Assembly (NCBI GenBank): GCA_963770565.1
Contig: CAVYQE010000008.1
Location: 1-64,000 of the forward strand
Length of the DNA: 64,000 nucleotides
Direction of reading: 5' to 3'
Source: an uncultured Actinomycetota bacterium
GTDB lineage: Bacteria; Actinomycetota; Actinomycetes; JAFAQI01
This document shows, piece after piece, positions 1 through 8,800 of this stretch. The position numbers were made by a program, and so were the translations under genes. The notes beneath the pieces are model-generated. The model had not been told where the DNA came from, did no database searches, and saw nothing but the letters and a program-made list of their open reading frames with translations. Each line of letters starts with the position of its first letter. Position 1 is the stretch's first letter.

Positions 1-236
1 TGGTGGCGGTGCTGATCTGGGTGGTCGGCTCGGTCGTGTTGCGGGGCTGGCTGGAGTTCGCGTTCCGGCGGACCGCGACCTACGGCCCGCTCTCCGCGCC
101 GGTCGCCGTGCTGCTCTTCCTCTACCTCACCGCGCTGGCGATCCTTTTCGGGGCGGAGCTCAACGCCGAGATCGACCGGTCCTGGCCGCGCCCGGAAACC
201 GAGGCGCTGCGCGACGAGGAAACCGTGTCGGCTTAG
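1..236 (+). CDS. YihY/virulence factor BrkB family membrane protein, C-terminal part (truncated by window start)
   Basis: Hydrophobic helices with TYGPL...LLFLYL...LFGAELNAE, typical of the YihY C-terminus. Confidence 0.8.
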   Translation, partial: VAVLIWVVGSVVLRGWLEFAFRRTATYGPLSAPVAVLLFLYLTALAILFGAELNAEIDRSWPRPETEALRDEETVSA

Positions 237-289
237 GCTGACCCGAGCAGGGCGCGCCGCAATGGGCGCCGGGACCACTGGGAGGACCG

Positions 290-526
290 ATGGCGGGCGA
301 GGCAGGCGGGGGTCACGGCGTACCGGTCAGCGTCTGGATCGCCACCGCAGCCATGATGGTCGGCACGGTCGTGGGCGGAATCGGCCTGATCGAATGGGTC
401 TGGCCGGTGTTCTGGACCGGCGTCGGGCTCATGGTCGCGGGCGTGATCGGCGCCTACTTCACGCGCATGATGGAAGTGGTCAGCGAATACACGCCGGCCC
501 CGGTGCGCGAGATCGAGCCCAACTGA
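290..526 (+). CDS. Small two-TM membrane protein (HGxxPAAW-like family)
   Basis: GGAGG RBS upstream; GHGVPVSVW followed by two TM helices. Confidence 0.7.
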   Translation: MAGEAGGGHGVPVSVWIATAAMMVGTVVGGIGLIEWVWPVFWTGVGLMVAGVIGAYFTRMMEVVSEYTPAPVREIEPN

Positions 527-547
527 AGGCGTCTCGCCCCGTTTCTT

Positions 548-608
548 GTTGATCATGGCAATGCGAGCGTTCTGAGCGAGAAAGATTGCGCTCTTCGCCA
601 TGATCAAC
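548..608. repeat. REP-like intergenic palindrome
   Basis: Perfect 12-bp inverted repeat GTTGATCATGGC (548-559) / GCCATGATCAAC (597-608) with further inner pairing. Confidence 0.75.
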
Positions 609-669
609 TGCGGGGAGCAGCGGGCAGGCGGTGTGAGAGCGGTCCCGCGGGTACGGCGATAATCGCGGC

Positions 670-1092
670 ATGTCCGTTGCGAACGAGGCGCTCGTGTTGC
701 GCTGGGTCGACTGCTGGAACTCCCACGACGTCGACCGGTTGGCCGACTACGTCGCCCCCGGCTACATCCACCACCTGACGTCAGGCTCCGATCGGGACCT
801 CGACGCATTCCGGTCCGGGTTCGGGGCCGTCGTGCAGGCGTTCCCCGACATCACCTACAGCGCGCTGCACCTGGTGTCCAGCGGGAACCTGGTGGCGGCG
901 TTCCTCGCCGGCACCGGCCACCACAACGGGCCGTTCCTCGGTGTGCCGCCGACCGGAGACCTGACCACCTTCCGGGGCGCCTATCACTGCCGTATCGATT
1001 CAGGCCTGATCGCCGAGGACTGGGACGTCTTCGACCTGCTGACGCCGGTCCTCGCGCTCGGTGCTCAACTCCGCCCGCCCGGATCGAGCTAG
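670..1092 (+). CDS. SnoaL-like ester cyclase / NTF2 family protein
   Basis: AFPD...GHHNGPFLGVPPTG motif, 140 aa. Confidence 0.85.
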   Translation: MSVANEALVLRWVDCWNSHDVDRLADYVAPGYIHHLTSGSDRDLDAFRSGFGAVVQAFPDITYSALHLVSSGNLVAAFLAGTGHHNGPFLGVPPTGDLTTFRGAYHCRIDSGLIAEDWDVFDLLTPVLALGAQLRPPGSS

Positions 1093-1112
1093 GCGCGGGC
1101 AACAGAGCTTGG

Positions 1113-1149
1113 ACGCCCCCGAGGGCGAAGTCTGGGCCCCCGGGGGCGT
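1113..1149. terminator. GC-rich hairpin after the ester cyclase, putative terminator
   Basis: ACGCCCCCG (1113-1121) pairs with CGGGGGCGT (1141-1149). Confidence 0.5.
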
Positions 1150-1182
1150 ACCTTCAGTGGCCCACTGATCGACCGACACGCC

Positions 1183-1246
1183 TTAGGGCCGAAAGTCCCG
1201 CTAATTCGGGATTTTCGTCCGGCCGACCTGGGACCTTCGGGGCTAC
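1183..1246 (+). promoter_or_regulatory. Three tandem DosR/DevR-like boxes
   Basis: TTAGGGCCGAAAGTCCCGCT (1183), TTCGGGATTTTCGTCCGGCC (1205), CCTGGGACCTTCGGGGCTAC (1227); 22-bp period; resemble the consensus TTSGGGACTWWAGTCCCSAA. Confidence 0.6.
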
Positions 1247-1279
1247 CGCGTCAGTGCAATTGCGGACAGGCTCGATCAA

Positions 1280-1480
1280 ATGGCCTGGTTCTTTCGTGCG
1301 ATTGAGCAACCTGACGGCAGTTGGCTGTGTCGTCGCGGGGTCGAGGTCTTTGACACCCACCTAACGCTGCAACTTGCGATCGACCACCTCGCGGAACTGG
1401 CGGCGGACGCCCAGCCGGCCGAGTTGTTCGTGCACCGGGTCGACGGCAGCGTCGAGGGCCACGGCGCGCTACCCGGCTGA
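1280..1480 (+). CDS. Small hypothetical protein, 66 aa
   Basis: Globular-looking ORF with GC3-biased codons downstream of the DosR-like boxes. Confidence 0.65.
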   Translation: MAWFFRAIEQPDGSWLCRRGVEVFDTHLTLQLAIDHLAELAADAQPAELFVHRVDGSVEGHGALPG

Positions 1481-1574
1481 TGCGAATGCACCGGTGAAAC
1501 CGGTGTCGTACGGCCCCAGGCCTTCGTGACGTTGGGCTATGGCGCGATTGTGTGGGCCTGCCTAGCGTTGGGTC

Positions 1575-1844
1575 ATGGACGACTCAAGCCACCGCGCTGA
1601 TCCGGTCTTGCGCGCCGAGCTCGACGTCCTGATGGCTGATGTGGAGCGCGCCTATCGGCGCGCTCGGCGGGTCGTGTACGACCGTCTGCCCGAAGGAAAG
1701 ACAGTGCGGACTGCCCGGCTGAGCCTCATGCAGCGGATGGCGCTCGCGCATCTGGAACGCGCTGAGCACGCGGTTCGGGCGTACCGGTGGCGTGAGGCGC
1801 ACCGCGACGGTGAGCTGCCCGCCTCCCGGCGTCGTACCGGCTAG
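1575..1844 (+). CDS. Hypothetical helical protein
   Basis: TAGCGT -10-like hexamer about 7 nt before the ATG (leaderless); 89-aa ORF. Confidence 0.55.
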   Translation: MDDSSHRADPVLRAELDVLMADVERAYRRARRVVYDRLPEGKTVRTARLSLMQRMALAHLERAEHAVRAYRWREAHRDGELPASRRRTG

Positions 1845-1874
1845 TTGGTGCTACGCGGTCGGTCGGCTGCTCCG

Positions 1875-3191
1875 CTATCGCGTCCCGACGACGGCCTGAC
1901 CATAGCCATTGTCGACCACACACAGCTTGGCGGACGGGCAGGTGACGTTCGCGATCCCGTCCGAGAGAACCCTCTTCGCGGACTTGCCCAACCGGGTGAC
2001 CTGCCAGTGTCCGTGAGCCGGATCCGTTGAGATCGCGACGTACTGCCCGAGCTTGCTGGACTCGCCGGCGACCGCGCACAGCTTCTCGTTGCAGTCGATG
2101 GTCGAGACGGATCGCTTCGCAACCTTGGGCAGCGTGACGTTCTTGAAGCCCTTGGTCCAGCTCTTCGAGCCGGTGTCGCCCTTTGTCAGGATCAGCGCGC
2201 CGTTGTTGTTGATCAGGCATGCGCCCGGCCCGAAGCACGAGACGTCGAAGAGGAGGTCGTGGTGATGAAGGTTGACCACCTGCCACTTGGTGTCAGCCTG
2301 ACCCGGGTTGACCGTCCAGGCGATGGTCCCGGCGCCGTTCTGGTCCACTGAGGCACAGAAGAAGTTGTGCTGCCCCTGCTTGTACGGCGCGCAGCCGACC
2401 GACCAGGTTCCGGCGAATCCTGCATCCGCCGGGAAGACGCTGACCGCACTGGTGGGGTTTGCCCCCGCGGTCGTGTAGATAGTGCCGTTGTCGTCCACCT
2501 CGGCGCACTGCACGTTCACCCAGCACGAGACCGCGCCGAAGCCGGCCGAATTGGTGTCGACGTCGGACATTCCCCAGTTCCTGGTGGTCGGCGAGCCGGT
2601 CTGGAACACGGTGGCGCCGTAGCTCTCGTTGTAGCTGCCCGGGACGGGTTCCCGGCCGGCGATGTTGCAGTCCTTGGTCTTGCCGGACGGGTCGCAGGAA
2701 ATGCTGTTGGGGCTGAGCGTGTCCCCAGGTGCGTAGTCCTCGCTCCACTTGGAGAAGTGCCAGCCCTTGGGCCCCTTGCCCGGACTCGTCGTGTAGAAGT
2801 CGCCGGCCGGCGAGTTGTACGGCGGGTTCACCCGGGTGCCGTCCATCGGGATGATGCAGAGGTTCGTCGAGGGGCAGGCCAGGCCGTACGTGCCGTAAGC
2901 GAGGTGCTTCTTCAGCCCGGTGACGTGCCCGAGGTTGAACGCCGCCGACCACTTCCAGTGGGCCGCGGCCTTGGCCGGCGCCTTCGCCGTTGCCACGCTC
3001 GCTGGGGCGTTGTACGTCGGGGCGACCCGCGCGGCCGACGCCAGCGCCGGCACGGTCAGCCAGCCCGCGGCGACCACCATCAAGACGGCGGCGATTGCAG
3101 CAATGGGTCGGCGGCTTGCAGCGTCGGACACGCCGCGGAAGCGCATGCCCTTGCTACTGGCTCGGCCTTCGCCGACGGCAACCTTGGACAT
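1875..3191 (-). CDS. Secreted Cys-repeat protein, probable 7-bladed beta-propeller
   Basis: Signal peptide; seven (V/I)xC-x4-11-C repeats spaced about 50 aa apart; GGAGGGG RBS. Confidence 0.75.
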   Translation of the reverse strand: MSKVAVGEGRASSKGMRFRGVSDAASRRPIAAIAAVLMVVAAGWLTVPALASAARVAPTYNAPASVATAKAPAKAAAHWKWSAAFNLGHVTGLKKHLAYGTYGLACPSTNLCIIPMDGTRVNPPYNSPAGDFYTTSPGKGPKGWHFSKWSEDYAPGDTLSPNSISCDPSGKTKDCNIAGREPVPGSYNESYGATVFQTGSPTTRNWGMSDVDTNSAGFGAVSCWVNVQCAEVDDNGTIYTTAGANPTSAVSVFPADAGFAGTWSVGCAPYKQGQHNFFCASVDQNGAGTIAWTVNPGQADTKWQVVNLHHHDLLFDVSCFGPGACLINNNGALILTKGDTGSKSWTKGFKNVTLPKVAKRSVSTIDCNEKLCAVAGESSKLGQYVAISTDPAHGHWQVTRLGKSAKRVLSDGIANVTCPSAKLCVVDNGYGQAVVGTR

Positions 3192-3219
3192 TGATCCCCT
3201 CCGAACGAGTTCCCCCGGA

Positions 3220-4050
3220 CTACGCGTTCGGGACTATAGGTCCTCGGGGGTCAACCGTCCCGCGAACCCGGCAACTGCCGGGGCCCGCGCTCAGGCACTG
3301 CGGGTCCCTGGCCGACGTCAGGGCCAGCCCGGCGGTGGCGACCTGTACGTCACCGCTGAACCCGCGGCGTCCGGCCTCGAGAGCCGCTACCGGGTCTGTT
3401 TCCGGGAACAGATGGGTGAGGACCAGGCGCCCGACGTCGGCGGCGGTGGCCTGCCGACCCGCCTGGGCTGCGCTCGACAGATGGCTGCGTGAGTCCTCAG
3501 GCACCTGGTCCGCGTAGCTCGCTTCGGCCAGCAGCAGGTCGGCGTCGCGCGCATGGGCGACCAGGTCAGCTGACTCACCGCAGTCGCCGGTATAGACGAG
3601 CGACTGGCCCTGGGCCGTGAGTCGCACGCCGGCGTTAGGCAGCGAGTGCGGGAGCGGGCAGGTCTGGGCGCTGAACGGGCCGACCTGCAGGGTGGCGCCG
3701 TTGGCGAACTCGTGGAGCTCGTACGCGGGCGCGAGCATCGCGTGCCGGTCCAAAGCGAGCACCGCGTCCAGCGCACCCGGCAGTGCGTAGAGCGGCAGCG
3801 GCGGTGCCGGGTCGTCGCGCAATGCGCGGACCCGTAGCAGCGGGTTCACATCGGCGCAGTGGTCCGGGTGTCCGTGGCTGACGAAGACCGCGTCGACCTG
3901 GTCCGCGCCGACGTACTGCAGGAGGCGGGGAGTGGTCGCATAGCCAGGGTCGACGAGCAGCCGAAACCCGTCGTGTTCGACGAGATAGCCGCTGCACGCC
4001 TGCCCCGCCGCCGGCCAGGCCCCGCATCCGCCGAGCACCGTCAGCCGCAC
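3220..4050 (-). CDS. MBL-fold metallo-hydrolase (RNase Z/BN-like)
   Basis: RLTVLGGCGAWP, SHGHPDH, YTGD, EAS and LTH motifs. Confidence 0.88.
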   Translation of the reverse strand: MRLTVLGGCGAWPAAGQACSGYLVEHDGFRLLVDPGYATTPRLLQYVGADQVDAVFVSHGHPDHCADVNPLLRVRALRDDPAPPLPLYALPGALDAVLALDRHAMLAPAYELHEFANGATLQVGPFSAQTCPLPHSLPNAGVRLTAQGQSLVYTGDCGESADLVAHARDADLLLAEASYADQVPEDSRSHLSSAAQAGRQATAADVGRLVLTHLFPETDPVAALEAGRRGFSGDVQVATAGLALTSARDPQCLSAGPGSCRVRGTVDPRGPIVPNA

Positions 4051-4166
4051 GTCCCGACGCTAGCCGTCTGGCTCGACATCACGTACACGTGTCAGGGGCC
4101 GAGTTGATCATCTGGTTGTCGAGACAGCGGAGGTCATCGGAGCTCGTCCGGGTTCGTCGGCCTGGA

Positions 4167-4829
4167 TCAGTGGGCTCGGCCGACGCGTTCGAGGAGTACC
4201 TGGCCGTGGCAGCCGTAGAGGTGGTCCATCGAGGCCAACGAGTGGCGGTCGTGGTTGCGCACCCGGAGCACGATCGACCCGATCTGGACCCGCAGTACGG
4301 CGGGTGCCCGCTCGTCTCGCGCCCGGCACAGTCCGTTCGGTTGGTGCGGGTCGTCGCGCTCGGGCCCCATCAGCTCCGCCGTCAGGTAACCGGCGTGGTT
4401 CTCGCCGTCGTGGAAGGTAGGCATGCTTGGGCGCAGGGTCAGGTTCACCGGCCGCAGGGTGCCGTTGATCGTGGCACGGTGATCACGCCGACCGCTGGCG
4501 AAGAACGCGATGAAGCTCACCAGCCCCTTGACCTGACACGCCGTACCGGTGGGGTTCCAGGCCACGATCGACCCGAAGTCGTTGCCGGTGGCGAGCTGTA
4601 CCCCGGAGAACACGGTCCGGAGGTCGGAGCTTGCGCACGCCTGTCGGGGCGGAGTGGTCGGCGTCGGGCTGTTCGATGTTGGCGGTGAGCTTGTGATTGT
4701 TGGCGTGGGTGCGGTCGTCGGTCCGGAACTGTGCCCGGCACATGCGGAAGCGGCGAGCAGCATGGCGACGGTCAGACCGAACCGCGCACTCCTGGCCTCG
4801 AGCAAGGTACGCAACGTAATCACCACCAC
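4167..4829 (-). CDS. Putative lipoprotein (DUF4232-like)
   Basis: Lipobox ASAC, Pro/Thr linker, C-xxSDL...NxTGTAC motif. Confidence 0.6.
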   Translation of the reverse strand: MVVITLRTLLEARSARFGLTVAMLLAASACAGHSSGPTTAPTPTITSSPPTSNSPTPTTPPRQACASSDLRTVFSGVQLATGNDFGSIVAWNPTGTACQVKGLVSFIAFFASGRRDHRATINGTLRPVNLTLRPSMPTFHDGENHAGYLTAELMGPERDDPHQPNGLCRARDERAPAVLRVQIGSIVLRVRNHDRHSLASMDHLYGCHGQVLLERVGRAH

Positions 4830-5006
4830 CCCAATGGCAGGCTCACCGGGAGAGCTTCCGAAATGGGATCAACCCACGCGCGAGGATCGACGCCCAGAGT
4901 CGAAGGACCTTGGGCTGGACCCTCACTCCGCGGGGCTGCGGGGCTCGCCGTTTCGTGCGCGGTGGATTGGGTGCCAGGATGACGCATCCACGGACGGGGA
5001 GGCGGC

Positions 5007-5603
5007 ATGCGTAAGAAGCTCACGACGGCGCTCTTGGTGACGACGGTCGCGGTCGGGTTGATCGGTGGTGGGGTCGCCCTCGGCGCCTCGACCCATCACG
5101 CGGTCAAGGCGTGCTCGAAGAAGTCGAACCACGTGCTCGGCTTGCTCAAGAGCGGTAAGTGCCCCAAGGGGTACACGCATGTGACGCTCGGAGCTCAAGG
5201 ACCGCAGGGCAAGCGCGGTCCGGCCGGCCCGGGAGCGATCTACGACACCCTGACCGGGGGCAACAACGACGAGCAGGTCGTGTTCCCGGAGACGGTCGAC
5301 GGCATGACGGTCGCGACCAACTGCGGGCTAGCCGCGAACGTCGCCATCTCGGTCGGGCCCAGCTCGGGCAGCGGGACCATTGATGCCTCCGGCACCGGCT
5401 CTGCCGACGGCACCATCACGCCCGTCGACGCCTTTGGTGCGCCGAGTGTCGGGAAGACCGGGTCGAATCAAGCCGACATCGACATCGTCGCGAGTGTCAA
5501 CGGCGGCCCGTTCGAGCACTTCGACATTCACGGCACCTGGGCCAACAGCGCCTGCCACTACTGGATGGTCGCGATCCCAGCCTCCCAGGCCTCTCACACG
5601 TAG
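5007..5603 (+). CDS. Secreted protein with a short collagen-like G-x-x stretch
   Basis: GGGGAGG RBS, signal peptide, GAQGPQGKRGPAGPG. Confidence 0.75.
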   Translation: MRKKLTTALLVTTVAVGLIGGGVALGASTHHAVKACSKKSNHVLGLLKSGKCPKGYTHVTLGAQGPQGKRGPAGPGAIYDTLTGGNNDEQVVFPETVDGMTVATNCGLAANVAISVGPSSGSGTIDASGTGSADGTITPVDAFGAPSVGKTGSNQADIDIVASVNGGPFEHFDIHGTWANSACHYWMVAIPASQASHT

Positions 5604-5626
5604 AGCTGACCGATCGAGGTCTGCTC

Positions 5627-6169
5627 ATGGGTGTGACCAGGGCTCAGCGGCGTGTACTCGCCGCAGACGCCGAATCGATCACCTGGCGATACACCCGCTC
5701 GATGCGTCTGATCTGGTACTCGTTCAGTGCGGTGGGTGTCGCCCTCGGCCTGTTGATGCTCGTGACGGGCCTGCGCATACATGCGATCACCTCGAGGGTC
5801 AGCGCGGGCGGGACACCGACGCCCAACCTGATCACCGGGTTGTCGACGCTCGCGGTCGCGGTCGTTGCGGTTGAGGTGGTTCGGCGTACCCGGGACACGC
5901 TCGGATCCGACTTCTTGATCGTTTGCAATGGGGTGCGGGCGCACCGCATCGAGCTGGCCGACATCAGCAGGCTTTCCACTTTCGGCGTCTACGGCCCAAC
6001 TCTGCTCATCTACTACACGGATGGCGAACGAAGTCGACACATCTCCGCCTCCGCGAGCCAAGGCCACGGCGGTCGAACTCGCACAATCCTCGAAGCGGTG
6101 GAGGCTCGGCGGCGCCCTACCAACTCACCAGCGAACTGCGGGTTCGTTGGTGGGCGGTACAGGACTTGA
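5627..6169 (+). CDS. Hypothetical membrane protein (two TM plus PH-like domain); 3' end runs into the att repeat
   Basis: Two hydrophobic segments followed by LIVCNGVRAHRIELADI. Confidence 0.5.
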   Translation: MGVTRAQRRVLAADAESITWRYTRSMRLIWYSFSAVGVALGLLMLVTGLRIHAITSRVSAGGTPTPNLITGLSTLAVAVVAVEVVRRTRDTLGSDFLIVCNGVRAHRIELADISRLSTFGVYGPTLLIYYTDGERSRHISASASQGHGGRTRTILEAVEARRRPTNSPANCGFVGGRYRT

Positions 6170-6192
6170 ACCTGTGGCCTCTTCCGTGTCAG
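6150..6192 (-). repeat. att site: duplicated 3' half of tRNA-Val(GAC)
   Basis: 43-bp match (1 mismatch) to 21151-21193; followed by encoded CCA on the minus strand. Confidence 0.95.
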
Positions 6193-6297
6193 AGACGTCC
6201 AGTGCGTTTGTGGCAGTACGCTGACGTCCAGGATCGTTGCTATTACTGGAGAAACAATCCATGGCCGTGCGCGCCGATCCAGGGCACTGCGCTTCGC

Positions 6298-6318
6298 TTG
6301 GCTACCAGTTTGCTAGCA
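6298..6318 (+). repeat. Putative integrase arm-type sites, left end
   Basis: TTGGCTACCAGTTTGCTAGCA, similar to 21068-21093 and 12778-12796. Confidence 0.6.
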
Positions 6319-6457
6319 AAATACGCACGGTAGTGGCTCGGCTTTGATCCTGCGGCGGCGACACTCTGACAATCGTTCGCCTGGTGTCGACGCAAGTCCC
6401 GCCCCGCATGGGCCCGGGGTCGACGTCGCGATCCGATCCGTGAGCGCGGCAGACGAT

Positions 6458-7102
6458 TCAGACTGAGCTTATGCCGAGCTCGCCGAGTAGGCGATCGACG
6501 CGCTGTGCGAGTTCGTCGCGGATAGGTCGGATCTCCTCGACGGTCTTCCCGGTCGGGTCCCCGACGTCCCAGTCCTCGTAGTGAGTGCCGGGCACCAGCG
6601 GACAGGAGTCGCCGCAACCCATAGTGACCACGACGTCCGCCGCGGCGAGGAACTCCTCGGTCCACGGTTTGGGGAACTCGGCGGTGATGTCGACACCGAT
6701 CTCCGCCATCGCGGCGACGACGGCCGGGGTGATCTCGGCTGTTGGTTCGGATCCACCGGACCAGGCCAGTGCCCGGCCGCTCGAGCGACTGTGGAACAGC
6801 CCGAGCGCCATCTGTGAGCGGCCTGCGTTGTGGACGCAGAGGAACAGGACAGCCGGTGGCCGCCCGTCCGGCTGGGTCTCGGCGTGCGTCATTGCCTGGA
6901 GCCGTTGTCGCGCGAACTGCTCGGTGCTGATGACCAGCCAGCGGGTGACGGTCGCACGGGCGGCAAGCTCCCGATAGCTGTCGAGAAGCAGTCGCTCGAT
7001 GGTGGGTTCGCCGAAGACTCCGGCGAACTCGGTGTGCAGATCGCGCGCGACGTTGCCGAGTGCGGCGGCGATGCCAGCGGGGACGACGTCGATGTCGGCC
7101 AT
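6458..7102 (-). CDS. arsC: Arsenate reductase, LMW-PTP fold with N-terminal three-helix bundle
   Basis: LFLCVHNAGRSQMA (CX5R), MGCGDSCP, YEDWDVGDP. Confidence 0.93.
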   Translation of the reverse strand: MADIDVVPAGIAAALGNVARDLHTEFAGVFGEPTIERLLLDSYRELAARATVTRWLVISTEQFARQRLQAMTHAETQPDGRPPAVLFLCVHNAGRSQMALGLFHSRSSGRALAWSGGSEPTAEITPAVVAAMAEIGVDITAEFPKPWTEEFLAAADVVVTMGCGDSCPLVPGTHYEDWDVGDPTGKTVEEIRPIRDELAQRVDRLLGELGISSV

Positions 7103-7136
7103 GTACGCCTCCTTCGGGTCCGGCGACCCGGTCGGG

Positions 7137-8561
7137 TTACTCGCGGGTTAGGGCTTGCTGTTGGTCTTTGAGCTGGTGGTCGCGGACCCATGCCTGGCTG
7201 GCCATCTGAACGGCGTCCCACGGTGATCCGAGCGGCGGGGTGTAGGACAGGTCGAGCTCGGTCATGGCGTCGACGGTCATCTGGTGGTGCAGGGCGGTGG
7301 CGAAGGTGTCGATCCGTTTTGCGATTTCGGTGCCGCGCCGCCCGACGAGCTGCGCGCCGAGCAGGCGCCCTGTGGCGGTGTCGCCGGTGATCCGGCTGGT
7401 GATCGGGTACGCCGTCGGGTAGTAGGCCTTGTGGTCGTCCGGGCTGGACTGGGTGGTCGCCGGGGTGTGACCGGCGGCGAGAGCCTCGTGGTCGCGCAGC
7501 CCGGTGCGGGCCGCGACGAGTTCGAAGATCTTCACGACCTGGGTGCCGAGGCTGCCGCTGTAGACCGCATGGCCGCCGACGGCGTTCTCACCGGCCACCC
7601 GCCCCTGCTTGTGGGCGGTGGTGCCCAGCGGAAGGTAGGTCAGACCGGCGAGCCGGTGGTGGGTCGCGACGCAGTCCCCGGCGGCGTAGACGTCGGGGAG
7701 CCCGGTGCGCATTCCTTCGTCGACGACGACGGCTCCTCGCGGTCCGATTGTGGCCCCTGCGGTGTCCAGCAGCTCGGTGTCGGGTTGGACGCCGACCGAG
7801 ATCAGCACCAGGTCCACGTGGCGCTGGTAGGGCTGCCCGTCAGTGCCGGTGCCATCGACCTGCAGCCGGCCGTCGGCGTCGCTGGTGGCGCGGCTGATCC
7901 GCTTAACCGTGACACCAGTGGTGACATCCACGCCGTGCGCGATGAGCTCAGCGCGGACCAGCGCGCCGAGCTCAGGGTCAACAGTCGGGAGCACCTCAGG
8001 CAGCATCTCGACCTGGTTGACTTTCAGCCCACGCATCGTCATGCCGTCGGCCATCTCCAGGCCGACGTACCCGGCGCCCACGATCAGCGCCGATCTGGGG
8101 GCGAGCTGCTCCAGCGACGTGGTGAGAGCGAAGGTGTCGCCCATCGTGTGGAGGAGATGGACGCCGTCCTCAGGCCCCAGGGCGTCCGGGCCGTCGAGGC
8201 CTTCGATCGGCGGCCGCACCGGTACTGCGCCGGTGCCGACGACGAGCTGGTCATAGCTGATCTGGTCGCTCGTGCCGTCGGCGGTGCGCACCTCGAGAAA
8301 GTGACCGTCCACGTCGATCCGGGTCACCAACGTGTCCAGCCGCAGCTGCATGCCGGTTGCTTCAAGGTCGGCGTACGTGCGGTGCGCGAGGTTGCGCCAG
8401 TGGGTGACCTCACCGGAGATGTAGTACGGGATGCCGCAGATCGAGAAGTTCGGGTAGGCGTCGGCCACCACGACGGTGACGTCCACGGTCGGGTCGAGTT
8501 CGCGGGCGCGCAGCGCCGCGGAGATCCCGGCGTCGGAGCCGCCAATGGCAACTAGGTGCAT
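7137..8561 (-). CDS. FAD-dependent CoA-disulfide reductase / NADH oxidase family protein
   Basis: GGSDAG FAD site, NFSICGIPY single redox Cys, GAGYVG, YAAGD, DLSYTPP. Confidence 0.88.
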   Translation of the reverse strand: MHLVAIGGSDAGISAALRARELDPTVDVTVVVADAYPNFSICGIPYYISGEVTHWRNLAHRTYADLEATGMQLRLDTLVTRIDVDGHFLEVRTADGTSDQISYDQLVVGTGAVPVRPPIEGLDGPDALGPEDGVHLLHTMGDTFALTTSLEQLAPRSALIVGAGYVGLEMADGMTMRGLKVNQVEMLPEVLPTVDPELGALVRAELIAHGVDVTTGVTVKRISRATSDADGRLQVDGTGTDGQPYQRHVDLVLISVGVQPDTELLDTAGATIGPRGAVVVDEGMRTGLPDVYAAGDCVATHHRLAGLTYLPLGTTAHKQGRVAGENAVGGHAVYSGSLGTQVVKIFELVAARTGLRDHEALAAGHTPATTQSSPDDHKAYYPTAYPITSRITGDTATGRLLGAQLVGRRGTEIAKRIDTFATALHHQMTVDAMTELDLSYTPPLGSPWDAVQMASQAWVRDHQLKDQQQALTRE

Positions 8562-8585
8562 GGTGTCCCCAGGGTCGGGTGGTGG

Positions 8586-8800
8586 TCAGGCGTGGACGCG
8601 GATGGACAGGTCGGGCAGCGGTCGACCGGGCAGCTCAGCGACCCGGCCGCGCAGGCGGGCGTCGATGTCATCGGCGACAGACCGTGTCGAGGTCTCGGCC
8701 GTTCGGTTCCTCGACCGGCCAAGCGAGTTAGTGGTTGCCGGGATGACCGCCTGCAACGCCGAATCGACCGGAAAGTGCTCGGTGTCATCGGGGATGCCGG
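8586..8800 (-). pseudogene. Degenerate arsC remnant directly after the aquaporin
   Basis: Fragments GIPDDTEHFP / PGNH*LAWPVEEPNGRDLDTV / DDIDARLRGRVAEL across frames match the ArsC C-terminal half. Confidence 0.7.

Noticed and set aside
3227-3246. TTCGGGACTATAGGTCCTCG resembles a DosR box upstream of the propeller gene
   Set aside because: It is a single site with a poor right half, and the TATAGT on the minus strand is more simply a -10 element.
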